Of a stretch of 64,000 nucleotides of DNA, positions 17,157 to 32,097 are shown one piece after another (within the stretch, counting starts at the first letter, position 1; each line of letters begins with the position of its first letter). Source of the DNA: the human T2T-CHM13v2.0 reference genome, Homo sapiens; NCBI RefSeq assembly GCF_009914755.1, contig NC_060926.1. One strand, 5' to 3'. A program made the position numbers and the translations under genes. Below the pieces are notes generated by a model that did not search any database, was not told the origin of the DNA, and was given only the letters and a program-made list of their open reading frames with translations.

Positions 17157-17404
17157 TCATTATAACTGTATTGGGTACATGATTCTAAGTTGAAAACTTT
17201 TTCTCTCAACATCTGCCAGAAATTATTCCACTGTCTCTTGTTTCTATTTTGGCTATGGAATCTAACTGACATTTCTTCAAGGTGATCAATCCTGTCTCTG
17301 ACTTTATTTTAAGATCTTTTTGTCTTTAAAGTTTTGCAATTTCATTATGTCTGTGTCAATTCCTTTTTTATTTTAAATTTTGCTTGAGCATACTAAGTTC
17401 TAGG

Positions 17405-17915
17405 TATTTGTTGGATAGCAAACTGCCCCAAAACTTAGTGGCTTAAAGAAATAACCATTTTATTACCTCTTTTGTGGTTCAGAAATTTAAGCAAGTATCA
17501 GCTGGGCAATTCTTCCACCCCACACGAGATTGGCCGCAGTATCTTTGTGGTGTTTCGCTGAAATCTGGGCTGGTCTGGAAGGTCCAAAATAGCTTTGCTC
17601 ACATGCGTTTACAACATGAACATCAGTGGGGACAGCTGGGAGGCTGGACTCAGACGTGTCCCTCTTCCTTTTTCAAAGTCTTGAGATTTATCTATTCAGA
17701 TTTCTTACAAGGCCTCTGGCTTTGTAAGAAACAAGAGACAAAGATGGAAACTAAGGCTGGTTCTGACTTAGCTTTGGGAGTCTTAAAGCGTGACTTTTAG
17801 GTCCCATTTATTAAGCAAGTTGCTGAGGCCATCCCAGATACAAGGGGAGAAGGATTAGACACTACCCCACAAGGGGTGGTGTAGGGAAATTTTTATGGCC
17901 ATCTTTAATTACTAC
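17405..17915. mobile_element. MLT1 (MaLR) LTR
   Basis: ccccaaaacttagtggcttaaa...gctgggcaattcttc...gccatctttaattactaca. Confidence 0.7.
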
Positions 17916-18639
17916 ATTGTACATCCTGGACCTGTGAATTCATGTTGTTCATCAGTTCTGGAAAACTTGTAGCCATCAGATGTTGCTCTTTCTTCCATTT
18001 TTTCTGCTTTTTCTCTCTGGGACTTCAGTTAGATATCTAAGACTTTCTGATTTGAGCCTTCAAATCTCTTCTTTCATGTTTTTATCTCCTTGTCTTTGTG
18101 TTAAATTATGGGTGAGTTTGTTGGTTCATGAGTTTTTCTTTTCTCTGACATTTTACCACAAAATTTCAAACGTATGGCTAAGTTGAAAGACCTTTAAAAT
18201 GAACAACCAATATCTACTACCTACATTCTACCATTAGTATTTTACTATACTTTGTATCTATATATTCATCTTATTTTTGATGTATTTCAAGTAAATTGCT
18301 GACATCAGTATCCATTGGGCTTTATTTCAATTTCGCATTTCTAGAAGTTCATTTATTTTCTAATCTGCCTATTCCTAGTAGTGTTTTTTATTTTGATTAT
18401 GTTCTTTATTTCTTTAAACATTTCCCACATAACCATCTTCTTTATCTTAAAATTCTGGTAAGTTCTTGGATATAAATTGTTTTTTGTTTTTTGCTAAAAA
18501 TGCTTTGCTTTTGATCTTAATCTATACTCCACTGTGTGTTTGGGAGATATAAAGGAAGAGAGTGAGAGAGAGGAGGCAACTTAGTGGTTTCTGAGAGCAC
18601 AGTCGTCAAGGTTGTAAAATGGCATCATTATTATTAGTC

Positions 18640-18890
18640 CTTATACTGTCTACTAGCTATTTAAACGAGAATAGAAATAAAGTTAGAAATTCAGTTTCTC
18701 AGTTGCACTAGCCACATATCATGTTCTCAGTAGCCACATGTGTCTAGTGGCTACTGTATTGAGCAGGGCAGATTAGAATAACTTCCATCATTTATATACA
18801 CAGCATGACTATATTTAAATAAAACTGTAGTTCCAAAAAACAGGCAGCAGCTGGATTTGTTTCATGAGATATAGTTTGCAGATCCCAGCT
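18640..18890. mobile_element. MER33/MER3 and MER58-type Charlie fragments
   Basis: cagttgcactagccacat...tagccacatgtgtctagtggctac; caggcagcagctggattt. Confidence 0.65.
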
Positions 18891-20170
18891 CTAGGCCTAA
18901 ACTGTCATGCTTTCCTTTGCAGAGGACTTGCTTTTGCTTGTAGCTTGGTGAGCACCAACCTAGAAGCATACCAGCCCTCCAGGGCTCTCCTCAGGGCAAG
19001 AGTCCCAGACTTGTGTCCTAATTTTCCTGCTGTCCCAGGGCTTAGTGTCTGCAAGTACCCTCAGGGCAACGGGGCTGTTAGCAAGTTTTTGCTGTTCTAA
19101 TCCCATCCTGGTTTTCTCTGGAGGGTAAGGTGGGGAGAGGGTCCATAGAGACCTCTTATTTGCAAATAAAACATTTTGGGTACCAGAGGTAAATGTTCTC
19201 TCTTACTTTATTTTCCTTCTCACCTCTGGTGAAACTTGGCAATTATGACTTCTACAGGGGAATTGAATAAAACTTTCAGTCTCTTTAGGAAGTTAAAGCT
19301 GTGGGCAGCTTTCTTCATGGTGTTCCAATTCAGCACTGTATCTGATGTCTGGGGATTCCTTCATGGAGTGTTGAGATCTGTAATCACTGGAGGGCAGAGA
19401 TGAGATCATACAGAGCCTAGATGTGGGCCTTGCCTGTTCTCTCCAAGCTGCCGATGCCAGGATTAGTAGCACTGAAAGCCAAGGTGAGAGGCTTCAGAGA
19501 ACTCAGATGGGGAAGGGTTAAGAAGGATGGCAAATGATAGATGGATGAGGGGGTCTCTATTGACCCACACGCCACCCTCTGAGAGCTCTGCATCAGGATG
19601 GCAGAAGGCCCCTTAAGAGCCTGTTGGGGACCCTGCCATGTGTTCCAAGTGTCATTCATTTTCCTGCTTGCTGACAAGCCATGAGTTGGATTAGCCTTCT
19701 CCTCTTATCACCTTCCCAGGTCTGGGTCAGTGAAGGAAATGAGATCTTGGCCCCGAGATCTCTGCCCCTGTGTTCTAGAGCAGAGGCTGGAGATGCTGTA
19801 AGATCACTTCCCATCCAGCAGGCACTTGAAAGTGCTTGTTGGCAAGTGGAAGACAAGAGCCGGTCCCTGCCATCAAGAAGTGGAGGGTTAGAGACAAATC
19901 AATGACAGCCAAATGTAGCATGACTAATGCCATGTGTGACAACAGTCAGCATACAAGTATTTGCAGGGTACTGAGGGCAATCAGAGAAGGGAGGAATTAT
20001 GGGGAAGTAGAAGAGAAGCTTCTAGGGCTGGTGACATGAGCTGAGAGCCTTCTGAGAAGCCAGTAGCTCTGTTCCATAAGTGTAACTTAAGGCGAGTCTT
20101 ATGCTAACTTGGGGTTGAATAGGTGGCATTTATAATGCACTTCTATGACTCAACTGAGTCTTGTACTAAC

Positions 20171-21538
20171 CTGGTTCCTTCATCTTTCTCCTGTCTGTTC
20201 CATCCTTCACCCACAGAGGTGAGACAAAACCTCAGGGTAGTGTATATTCCAATCAGAAGGTGCCGTGTGGTTTTGAAGGATCCATTAGAGGAGCTCTCGC
20301 TGCCACAGAATCTATCCAGCCACCTGCCAAACATCTGGTACAACTGGGTCATCTGAGATGGGCCGAGAAACATATTGTCATTTATATCCAAGGGTTTGGT
20401 GGCCATAAGGACTGTGCCAAGAGCTCATCTTCCATGGGGTTTCCCCGACTGTGGAGAGGAAGGTCTTACATGCATGTGGACACTTGGGAATCAGGTGTTT
20501 GCTGCAGGGCCACTGGCTGGCAACGTGGTGCTGCTTTCCAGGAGATTGACCCCAAGACCCACCAGTGCTGCATTCCAAGGCCAGTACTATGCCTTTGCTG
20601 AGCCCAAGAGAGAATCCCCCGTGAGCTTTGGTATAAGCAGCTTCTCTCTGCTCTGGCCCCACAGTTTCCATTAGGAACCATCTCAGATCCAAGTGTCGTC
20701 CATGTGGGAAACAGAAGGGCAGAGGCTGGGGGGCCCTCTCAAATGGGAAATGAGGAAGCCTCAGAGGATAGAGGGGAGGCCCCCAGCATATGATCCCTCT
20801 CTTCCTTCTACCCACTGGAAAAGAAGATCCTTTGTTAATGGATGAAACCTTAGTAGCCCCAAGGCTGCAGCTAAGCAAGACATGGGATGGAGTACAAGGT
20901 CTAACAAAAACCCTGCTCGCTACTACTTTCCCCAGACTGAAGGCTAAACCCATGCAGGATGGCTTGGTGAACCATCTGCTGCCAGCCCCTTCAGAATGGC
21001 CCTCCATGTCCTCTCTGCTCTTTACACATAAACAGGAGAGAGTGCTGGGGTCCAGAGTTGCCCTTGAAGAGAGGGATGGAAAAGTGGCTCAGACACGGGA
21101 AGGGGTGACCAAAAGAGAAAGCCTGGACTCCTCACCTGCCCCATGGGACATCAGTTCTCTCCAAGAGGAGCCTCTGGATTTGGAAAGTGCTCAGGAAGGC
21201 AGGATTGAGCACCAGACTGCCCAGAACCCTCCACCTGCTGGCAGCATCTAGGCCAAACTCTTGGGTTTGAAGAGTGAGAGTGCTGAGCACTAGGCTGCTC
21301 TCTGGCTTTGGAGCCAACCCACTGGGCCACAGATAATCCCTCAGCAGGTACTGTTGGAGACCATACCCTTGTCCCAGCACCAGAGCTCCAGGAACACCAG
21401 GACATGAGACATAAATCCACGGTGCTTCATCTCTCTACTGGGGCACTGAAGATCATGACCATTCATCTCAACCTCAGGTCTCAACCTCAGGTATGGGCAA
21501 TGGCCAGTGGGAAGGCCTGGACACAAGGAGCTGGCATT
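20171..21538 (-). pseudogene. Large (about 1.37 kb) decayed exon B, paralogous to exon A
   Basis: Acceptor ctttccacattcatgcttaacag|A at 21538 and donor CAG|gttagt at 20171; overlapping minus ORFs (209, 87 and 89 aa); 3' end aligns with 14160-14316. Confidence 0.65.
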
Positions 21539-21597
21539 CTGTTAAGCATGAATGTGGAAAGGTTACCCAAGTGCATAAGGCTGTTCTTGTGTTGCTA

Positions 21598-21909
<312 letters not shown>

Positions 21910-22121
21910 ACTCCCTGTGCTAAACCTGCATGTGAAAAGTCAGCTTTTTTTCTACAGAGATGAACTAAGAAATTACTTGATGGAAAAGAATCCTGAATTT
22001 AAGTAAGCTAAATTAATGAACGCAATAGTCCACAATATAGTTTCCTAACTTTACTGTCTAATCTCAGAATCTTTAAAAACAATGTAACATTTCTTTACCA
22101 AGTGGTGTTTAGATTGTTTCC

Positions 22122-22202
22122 TTCTCCTCCCTTTCAAAACATTCCTAGAAAAGATGCTTGTTTTTTTCTCCTCCCTTCCTAAACATTCCTAGAAAAGATG
22201 CT
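22122..22202 (+). repeat. Tandem duplication, 44-bp period
   Basis: ttctcctccctt..aaacattcctagaaaagatgct occurs twice. Confidence 0.9.
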
Positions 22203-22544
22203 GTGAATGTCACGTATGCTTCCTGGCTACACTCAAGTTCTCAAGGAATGGATGTGCCTGATCCCCTGTCTTACCAGATAAGGGCCCTCACTGAGGATGC
22301 TCTAGGAACCCACAAGGTGAAGAAGAGGTGCCCCTTCCTTGAAGGTATGGATAGGTCTCTTGGCTGCTGGTGACCAATGGCACGTGCCACACTTGGATTA
22401 GGCATGATTCAGCCAGGATCAAGTTGAACTAGGCAAAGTCTCCCGATGCTAGGCCATGTCATTTCCCATGGAGAGCAGACCCTTTCTCAGTCTGCATCAT
22501 GGGAATGTTATGCTTGTCCCCCAACCCGAGGAAGAATTGGCTAT

Positions 22545-22930
22545 TAATTCATCCATGTATGCAATATATTGTATTGCATTTTACTATGGGTTAGGCGTTG
22601 TTTGGGATACTGGGGATTCAATAGCAAACCTAAAAGGCAAATCCCTTCCCTCGTGTACTTCACAGTCTAATCAGGAGATAGACTGGATAAACTACAGAGT
22701 ATCTGAGTTGATATGCTCTACGAATAACAATCAGATAAAGGGGATAAATAGGGCTTTGTGTATGCACATGTATGTGATAAGGCTTCAAAAGGTGGTGAAG
22801 GAAGGCCTCCTTGAGAAGATGATGAGGGACAGCCATGTAGCCCTCGAGGGAACAGGCTTCTGGATGGTGCTGAGGCCCTGCAGCAGGGTTGTGTGTGGTG
22901 TGTTCAAGGAACAGGTGGAGGTCAGCAACA
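22545..22930 (-). mobile_element. L2 fragment
   Basis: attcatccatg...ctggggattcaatagcaaac...ggaaggcctccttgagaag pattern. Confidence 0.55.
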
Positions 22931-23624
22931 GAGGGGAAGAGCCGCAGAGGAGCCTTTGGGACACCCTGGGAGACTGTCCAGAACAGCCTATTTCTTCTGT
23001 CTTTAGATGTGAATGAGTGTGAGACAGGCCTAAAGCTCTGTGGTGATCCTCGCTGCCAAGAGGACTGAAGTCCATGCCCCCACGCAGCCTGGCATGCTGT
23101 ATGTGCATGCTCCCTGCCCAGGTATCGGTTGCCCAGGCACCCTGCCACTGGCTGTGTTTATCAACTGCTGGGATCTCCTGGAAACCCTGTACCCTGAGCA
23201 GGTCAGGGTGGAGCTCTTATTCTGATGCCTTTGGCCACAAATACCAGAGAAAACATTTTCCGAAGGATACGGACAAAGTCCAGGAACTGTTCTAGAACTT
23301 GGAACATGTTATAAGGTCGTTTACTATGAGGATGTTCATTGTACTGATTTTTCTTTCGCAACTTTGCCTTTGGAATACTTCCATAGGATGCTATTCCTGA
23401 CTCTGATCAAAGTAGACGTGAGTAGGAATTAACCTGAACATCCAGTTGTTTCCCCAAGGCTCCTTCGTGACCCTTGCTTTTGTCTTGCTTTTTTTCTTCT
23501 TATCAAAGATTATATTGGGCAGGGACTTGCACCGGAAAATCGATGTGAGCTCCTTGTGAGCGGGTCCAGCATAGAGCAGTTGGTAATGAATTAACAGATG
23601 CCCTTAGCCTTTTTAAGGACTTAC

Positions 23625-23659
23625 TGCTGGTGATGGTAATTCATTTGGTACAGTTACCT
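23625..23659 (-). pseudogene. 35-nt pseudo-exon
   Basis: cattatttcag|AG...GCA|gtaagt; reads VTVPNELPSPA. Confidence 0.5.
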
Positions 23660-24888
23660 CTGAAATAATGTAACCTGCCTGTGCTGCCACAGGCAGATCA
23701 ATAGACATGATTTTTATTTCCCATCTTGCTAACTTGCTGTGTGACCTTGGTGCTCAGGTCTTGCATATCCCTGTGAAACAAAGGATTAGACTAGATGTCG
23801 AAGGCTTTGTTTAGATCTTTGAATGTTAGATGCTGAAATCCCAGCAAAGATGCCATTTAGCACAATCTTTTTCCACTGAACTCTAAGGGCAGATAGGTAA
23901 TCTTGCCATGCTATTTGCAAGTTTTTTTCTTGAGGTGGGGGTTTCTTAGTTCGTATATGTCAAGAGAAGATTGAGTTTGGCATAAAATAGAAGCTCAGTA
24001 TATAGTAATTCAATTTCTTATGGCTAGAAATCTACATGTAACTGACTATTTAAAATATTTCCATGTTTTTTTTCTTCCCCTGCCCTCCCAAGTGTCCAGA
24101 TAAGACACTTGACAAGAGTTAAGTTGGAACGGGGTCTGTGAGGCGACTAGTCATCTGGAGGTTGCAGTCATCTAGCTTCTGTGGATTTTGCTTTAAAGAT
24201 AGTTTCTAGTTCTTTGCATCCATATAAGCTATCTGATGGTAGAGTACATTCTGAAATACGACTGGCCCTGTGCTTCTCTGGGTACATGGTCTCAAATGTA
24301 ACAGAATCTTTTTAAAAATAAACAATTTTTGATATGCATAAAATGAAAAATAATTATCAGCTCTCAGGCAATTTAGATTCAGCATCACAAAGGGATGTTA
24401 AGCCTTTTCCAAAGTTAACTCTGTGTGCATGCATAGGGTTCTTGAGGGAGCTATAGAGCAAAAATAGGTGGCGAGCCCTTATATTACCAGGTTCATTTGT
24501 TCCAAGTCTGGCTTTGGCTTTTAATCAAATGTTAGCATTTGTTTATTTTCTCAAAAAATACTTACCTATGATGTGCCTGACAATATGCTAGGGATGGGTA
24601 TAAGAGCATAAATCTCTGAAGGTGCTTTTGAGGGCCCATTAGGAAGGGGCGTGTTACTTAGTTCCCTTTAAAAAAAAAATTCCTTTGTGTTTCAGGAGTT
24701 GGATTATCCTTTAACTACCTGGGCCTGCTGATTGGAGTTGCTGTGCTTACTGCAATCTTGCATATGTTAGCATTGGTCTTGTGTGACTCGTAACTAGAAC
24801 GTACGTGAGGAAGGCAAATTCTCTGGGTCAGAACACAGCATCACTGGAGTTCCCACTTACAGCACCTACTTTTGACCTGAGGAATTTC

Positions 24889-25186
<298 letters not shown>

Positions 25187-25731
25187 TGACTTGAGGAACT
25201 TCTGTAAGCTCCCTCCCTTCATCTCCTGCCAACCTAAGCTGCATGCCAAGGTTCCAGATGGTGCTCAGGGCAAGAAGGTTCATCAGAGTTAGGAACCACA
25301 GGTGTGGAGGGAGCAATCAGAGGCCTGCTGCCTCCCTGATGTCTGTCCATAAAGCAGGGTGGGAGAGAGGACCACCTTGTCTCCTGTTGGAGGTGCCATC
25401 AAGTCACATAGATTCTCTGCGAACTTAGGAAGAAGCAGCTTGAGTCCCATCCTGTGCATCATCCTTGTTGTCTGTGATGTAAATTATGCTGGGCTCCTGA
25501 CTCTTTCCCTGGGAGAAGGCCCGTATGCTGTATGTTCTGCATCAAGACCCAGCCTGTAGTCCCAACAATGGGCTGAGGTAGATCTCTGGTGACTCAGATA
25601 CTCCAGTGATGAGTGTGGTCTGCAGGAGGTGTCCAGGGGAGCAGGAGGCACACGGCACCAACTTGGAAAGTTAATGAATGAGTTTAGTGATGGACACACA
25701 AGGAACTGTTAACATGTTTTAGAAAACTTAC

Positions 25732-25922
25732 TTGGCCTCAGCACTTTCTTCTCCTTTTAGGCTGGGTGCGGGGTGAGACCTCCTCCTCCTTTTTCCTTCA
25801 CCCTCAGTTGTATTTTATTGGATTACAAGTTTGTATTTATTTTGTATTACAAGATCCTGTCTTCTGTTCCTGTTTTGGCCACTGTCTATGCCAGGCTGCT
25901 ATTAGAGCCTGACAGCTTCACC
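25732..25922 (-). pseudogene. Pseudo-exon with an NLS-like motif
   Basis: ggttttcttttatttag|G at 25922 and CAA|gtaagt at 25732; 3' part reads EEEVSPRTQPKRRRK. Confidence 0.6.
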
Positions 25923-26199
25923 CTAAATAAAAGAAAACCTTTTATGTGTAGTTTAAAAAAATAAACAAAAACCTCTGTAGACCTTTTTAAAATCTACCAG
26001 CAATGTTTGACTCCTTTACTCTTAAAAGTGGGGCTATTCCCATTCCTCTGTTTTAGGCCTACACTTGTCATTTTGCAGGGGAGACCATTGGAGAGGATGC
26101 TAGAGGTCTTAAATATGGTTCTCACCCACGGTTTGCTTGCTTTTATTAGACTGAGCTAAAGGGTGGGGGAATTCACATGCCATGAGAGAATAGATACTT

Positions 26200-26894
26200 G
26201 CCTGTGCTTGCATCTCATGGAGGTAAGAGTGGGAGAAATTTGTAAAGTAGATCAAGAAGAAAAACTTTGAGTTAGGCAGGGTGGGTCCTGAGTTTCTGGA
26301 AGCAGGGCCACATTCTCTGCAGTGCCAGGCATGGGCCTGTTTTCTAGAAGGAACTCTTTTACTTAAAGGAAAGCTTCAGGATGAGGGGTGCCTGTAAGCT
26401 GGCCTTAGCGTTTTGAGAGATGCAGAGCTAAATGGGATTGGCAGCTCTGATCTTGCTGCAGCAGCCTCCTGGCCCAGCTCCCACATCTTAACCTCCCTGG
26501 AGAGCAGCCTAGTCGGCAGAGTGGAGCTGGGGAGAGCTGGATGGGATGAGGTGCAGGACCCTACTGAGAGGAGGGGAATGCAGTGTCTCCACAGACCCAG
26601 CTCTGGGGGTGGGAGGAGCAGATTCCATGCCTCCCTCGTGGAAAGCAGAGGCATCAGGCATGGGGTGCTTTTGTGTGAATCGTGGCTGCATGAAGCATGT
26701 ACTGGCTTCCATGTTGAGCCCTGGTAAAGGTATGAGGCAAACAGTGTGCAGCTCTGTTCCCACTGCTCCCCAGAATGTAAAAGGTGGCACAATATAGCTG
26801 CGGTACAGGATGGTAGGGCTGCCCACTGGGATGATCCAGAGAAGTGCTGGGCCATAGTCCCCAGGTGTGGTCTGTCACCAGGCTTTCCATCATA
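26200..26894 (-). pseudogene. Candidate first coding pseudo-exon
   Basis: cctacag|T-ATG-ATG-G (second ATG has A at -3 and G at +4); overlapping Pro/Ser/His-rich ORFs of 79, 105 and 159 aa; 3' boundary uncertain. Confidence 0.5.
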
Positions 26895-26994
26895 CTGTAG
26901 GTTTTGAAATCTTTAAGGTCCCGCTCTTAAAATGCAAATACTCCTGTGAGGTTTGAGGTTTTATTATCCTATATCCTAGATTTGCCTTTAATAA

Positions 26995-27328
<334 letters not shown>

Positions 27329-27339
27329 GAAACCCAGCT

Positions 27340-28360
<1,021 letters not shown>

Positions 28361-28468
28361 AAATCCAGAGACAGAGAGATGGTCAATTTCCCTGGGAGGT
28401 GTAGAGGTTTATCGGGTTCACTGTTTGATCCCAAGTGCTGAGTACAAGAGTCAGAGAGTAAAGGGTCA

Positions 28469-28972
28469 TGTATTAGCGTCCTGTGGCTGCTGTAACAAAT
28501 TGCCACAAACTTGGTGGCTGAAAGCAACACACATTTATTCTCTTTCAGTTCTGCAGATCAGAAATCTGAAATCAGTTTCACTGGGCCAAAATTAAGGGGT
28601 AAGCAGAGCCTGCAGGGGCTCTACATTTCCTTGCCCTTTCTAGCATCCAGAGCTGCAGTGTTTGCATTCTTTGGCTCTTGGCCTCTTACCCATCTTCAAA
28701 GCCAGCAGCATAGCATTTCCAAATCTCTCTCTCTCTCTGCTTCCTTTGTCATATGGCTTTGTTTGTCTTCTGTAGTAAAATCTTCCTCTGCCTCTCTTTT
28801 AGAAGGACCCTTGTGATTACATTTAAGATCCATCTGAATAATCCGGGATAATCTCCCCACTCAAGGGCTTTCAGTCACACCAGCAAAGTCCGTTTTGCCA
28901 TGTAGGGTAATATTCACAGGTTCCAGGGGTTAGGACCTGGCTGTCTTTGGGGGCCATCATTCAGCCCACCCA
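28469..28972. mobile_element. MLT1 (MaLR) LTR
   Basis: tgtattag...gctgctgtaacaaattgccacaaacttggtggc...ggggccatcattcagcccac. Confidence 0.85.
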
Positions 28973-29219
28973 GTCAGTAACCTGTGAAATGCACGTGGCC
29001 CCATCAGCTCATGGTTCGGGGTTGGCTGGTCTTGAGGAAGACATCAGGCTGAAGGAAGTCTTCTGGAGGTAGGCCCTGGAGGGAGACCAGAGCCAGTCAT
29101 GCTAGAGACCTCTCACCTCTTTCTTCTGACTCATCTCCTTTCTAGAAACTATGATATGAGGCGTTTGATAGCACGTGTGAGCCTGGAGGTGCTGAGGCAG
29201 CTAGCACTGTTACCAGGGT

Positions 29220-29800
29220 GGCGGCGGGGACAGGACCAGAACTTGGGGCCTCGCGCCCAGGTCCTCCCGTCCTTGCCTTCTCCCAGCTCCCCTCCAGGCT
29301 AACCACCTCCACGCGGGGGCCGGGTGCTGCTGCTGCCCTGAGAGCTCAGCCCCTTTCCCGGGGCGGGCACCGCTTCCCGGTCCCGGGCCTCTCTGCTCTC
29401 CCGAGGCGATAGCCACCCTGCGATCTCTCGCGCGGCCAGCAGGGGCCAGCATCCCCCGCGGAAAGGGTCGCTGGGCTGGGCTGGCCGAGAGCCGGGGATC
29501 GGCGACCCCGGGCGCCGCTGCCAAGCCCCCTGCCGTGCGGGCTGCTGCTTCGCCGTCCCAGCCCCGCAGCCTTTTGTGTCTTTCCACTTCTCCCCTGGCC
29601 CGCTGCGCTCTCGCTCTAGAGAAGGCAGAGACTGCCTTGGGTGTGGCAGCCAGGAGTGGACGGTTGCGGGCTGGGAGGCTGGCCGGGTTTCCTCCCCGTC
29701 GCGGACCTGGAGGAAGGGCTGGGTGCGGCGGGAAGGCCCCGGAGGGAGAGCTGAGCCTGGGTTGGTAGCATGGTGAGGAATAGCGGCCTCAGGGGCAGAG
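29220..29800. promoter_or_regulatory. CpG island / probable promoter
   Basis: Most CpG-dense, GC-rich segment in the window; GC box ggggcggg at about 29360; CTCF-like ggccagcaggggccagc at 29434-29450; donor-like sites on both strands. Confidence 0.8.
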
Positions 29801-30269
29801 ATGTCCGTTTCTTTGTGCACCGAAAGCTCTGAGAAGGACATCCCGATACCAGTGAACTTCTAGATTTGGAATGAGCTTCTTACCGAGCATCTCACATTCC
29901 AAAGTGCATCTGATTCGGAAGTCCTCGTGGTTCTACCTTCGGAAGGTGGGGGTGGGGTGGGCTGCCTGGGTGCAGAGGCCTGAGCCAGGCTGGTGGGAAC
30001 TCCTCAGCGTCCAGCACCTGTGGGGCTGCAGCAAGCTTTTGCTGCTAGGCTCTAAACGAAGCCTGTAATTAAGGCCTTAGTTTAACTGGGTGCGCTCTCA
30101 CTTTTATCTGTGGCCTGGCCTGAGCGGTTGCCTCCAGCAGCCTCAGCTACCCTCACTGCTTTGCCGCTGAACCCAGGAACGGCTATTCCACTGCAAGGGA
30201 GCTAAGACCTTCATTTGTTGCACCAACGTTTTCCTCATGGCTTATGTCTCTAGCCTCAGAGAAATCAGA

Positions 30270-30900
30270 GATTAGAGCCCAGATCTGGGGTCAGAAAAAG
30301 ACCCGGGTGTTAGATCTGACTTTGCTACTAGCTGGGTGGCAGAAGATGGGGGAACACTTCGCTCCTTTCTACCTGTTTCCTCCCCTTGTTAAATGCGGAG
30401 GCTAATGACACTTACTGCAGATGGGGAAGCTAACAGCACTTACTGCAGAGGGTGTTGTGAGGAATCACTCAGCAAATTCTTGTAAAGGGCCAAGGTTAGA
30501 ACTCAAGCCTTTTAAAATCCCATCTCTTAGTCTGGGCGGATCCCAGGAAGGTGTCAAGTCCAGCTGATGGGCATAGGTGTGTCCGTGAGGCAAGCCTGCT
30601 CTTGATGGAGCACGACAGGAAATGCAGCCTGGCCCAGCTGACAGACCTATCTACAGCGCATGTCCTCACAGGACCAGACCCTTCTGCTCCCCTTGGCTCC
30701 AGCTCCTAGATCATTCTCAGCAGTTCATTCCACGTGTAAGTGCACGCCCTCAGTTACTGTAGGAGCCAGACCACGTGGGTTCAATGTCAGCCCAAGATCC
30801 ACCAGCCATGAGGCTTTGGGAAAGTCACTTCACCTCTGTAGGGACTGATTTCCCCATCTGCAAAATGGGCAGAGCGTGACCCATCTCGAAGCATTGTGGT
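30270..30900. mobile_element. MIR fragments
   Basis: ctttgggaaagtcacttcacctctg...tttccccatctgcaaaatggg MIR core. Confidence 0.7.
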
Positions 30901-32097
30901 AACGCATGGGGTGCTGCTGAATGGGACTCATTGCACTCTGCAACCTGGCTCTGGCGATTCAGACCGTGAATGCTTGGATTTTGATAGTAAGGCCAGAAAA
31001 TGTTTAAAGGAGAGAACCCAGGATAAGTTGGGCCTTCTGGTGAGGTTCTTGCTACTCCTGGACAGCGTGCCCGTGTCTGTAGCAACTCAGGGCGAGGCAA
31101 TGCTCTGGGGTTCCCAGACATCTGTGAGCGTGACAGCTGGTCCAAAGCTGTCTTGGATGTGTTTGTCCTCTCTAATCAAAAGAGTCCCTCGTGATGCCAA
31201 GATGGAACTCTGCAGACAGTTTGAGGAGAAACTAAATTCTGGTTTTGAAGTAAACTTGGCCTCAGTCTTTAAGGCAGATTCACAATCTATTATGAATAAA
31301 GCTGCTAGGAACATTTGTGTACGACTTCATATGGACATATGTTTTCACTTCTCTTGGATAAATATCCAGGAGTATAATTTTTGGGTCATGTGGTTTCCTT
31401 GCTTGTAGAATTTCTGACTGAAAATTGTAAGATAGTTGGATAATTGTTCCCTGGAGGGAGACATTTCAGATATGACAGGGAGAATGCCACAGGTATTGGG
31501 AGTCAGAGGTGGTTTTCATGAATATCAGGCAGCATTTCTGTAGTTGAGGGGTCTGCCTTCCACCTTGACTCAGCTCTTGAGGGCAGCAGCTGCAGCTGCA
31601 AAGAGGCAGGCCTTGTTGTGACCCTCAGGGGCCCCTTACTTACGTCACTGAAATCCACATCACTTGTTTCTTCGGAATGTCCTGATTATCAGCATGGTTC
31701 AAGGAATAGTTGAGGCCTTTGTCCTCAGGTTGACCTGGGTCATGGTGACTTGCTGCTCGGGCAGGGCCCATGTTTCTGACCTCCTGACCAAGTTTCTTGA
31801 CCAACTGATTTGATAGAGCATCAGAATTTTCATTAACTCACTTTCCCGGCTGTCACAACAAGGGATTTTACAAGAAGCTTAACCAGGGCTAATGCTTTTA
31901 ATCACTACAAACTAACTTATTTTACACACTAACTTATTTTACAAACAAACTGTAATACTTAATTCTCATGTAGTCTGCATAAGCTCCTAACCTGAGAGAA
32001 AAAGAGAATGCATACAATCAACCCAAATGCCATTGTATATTGTTTTGAAATATTGTTTTGCTATGATCATTTTAAATGAATTTATATTTATTCTGTA

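Noticed and set aside
20322-20360. DDPVVPDV resembles UBE2D PDDPLVPEI
   Set aside because: No surrounding UBC fold or HPN/catalytic Cys motif.
29210-29841. 125-180 aa ORFs in the CpG island
   Set aside because: Expected from stop-codon scarcity in GC-rich DNA; no recognisable domain.
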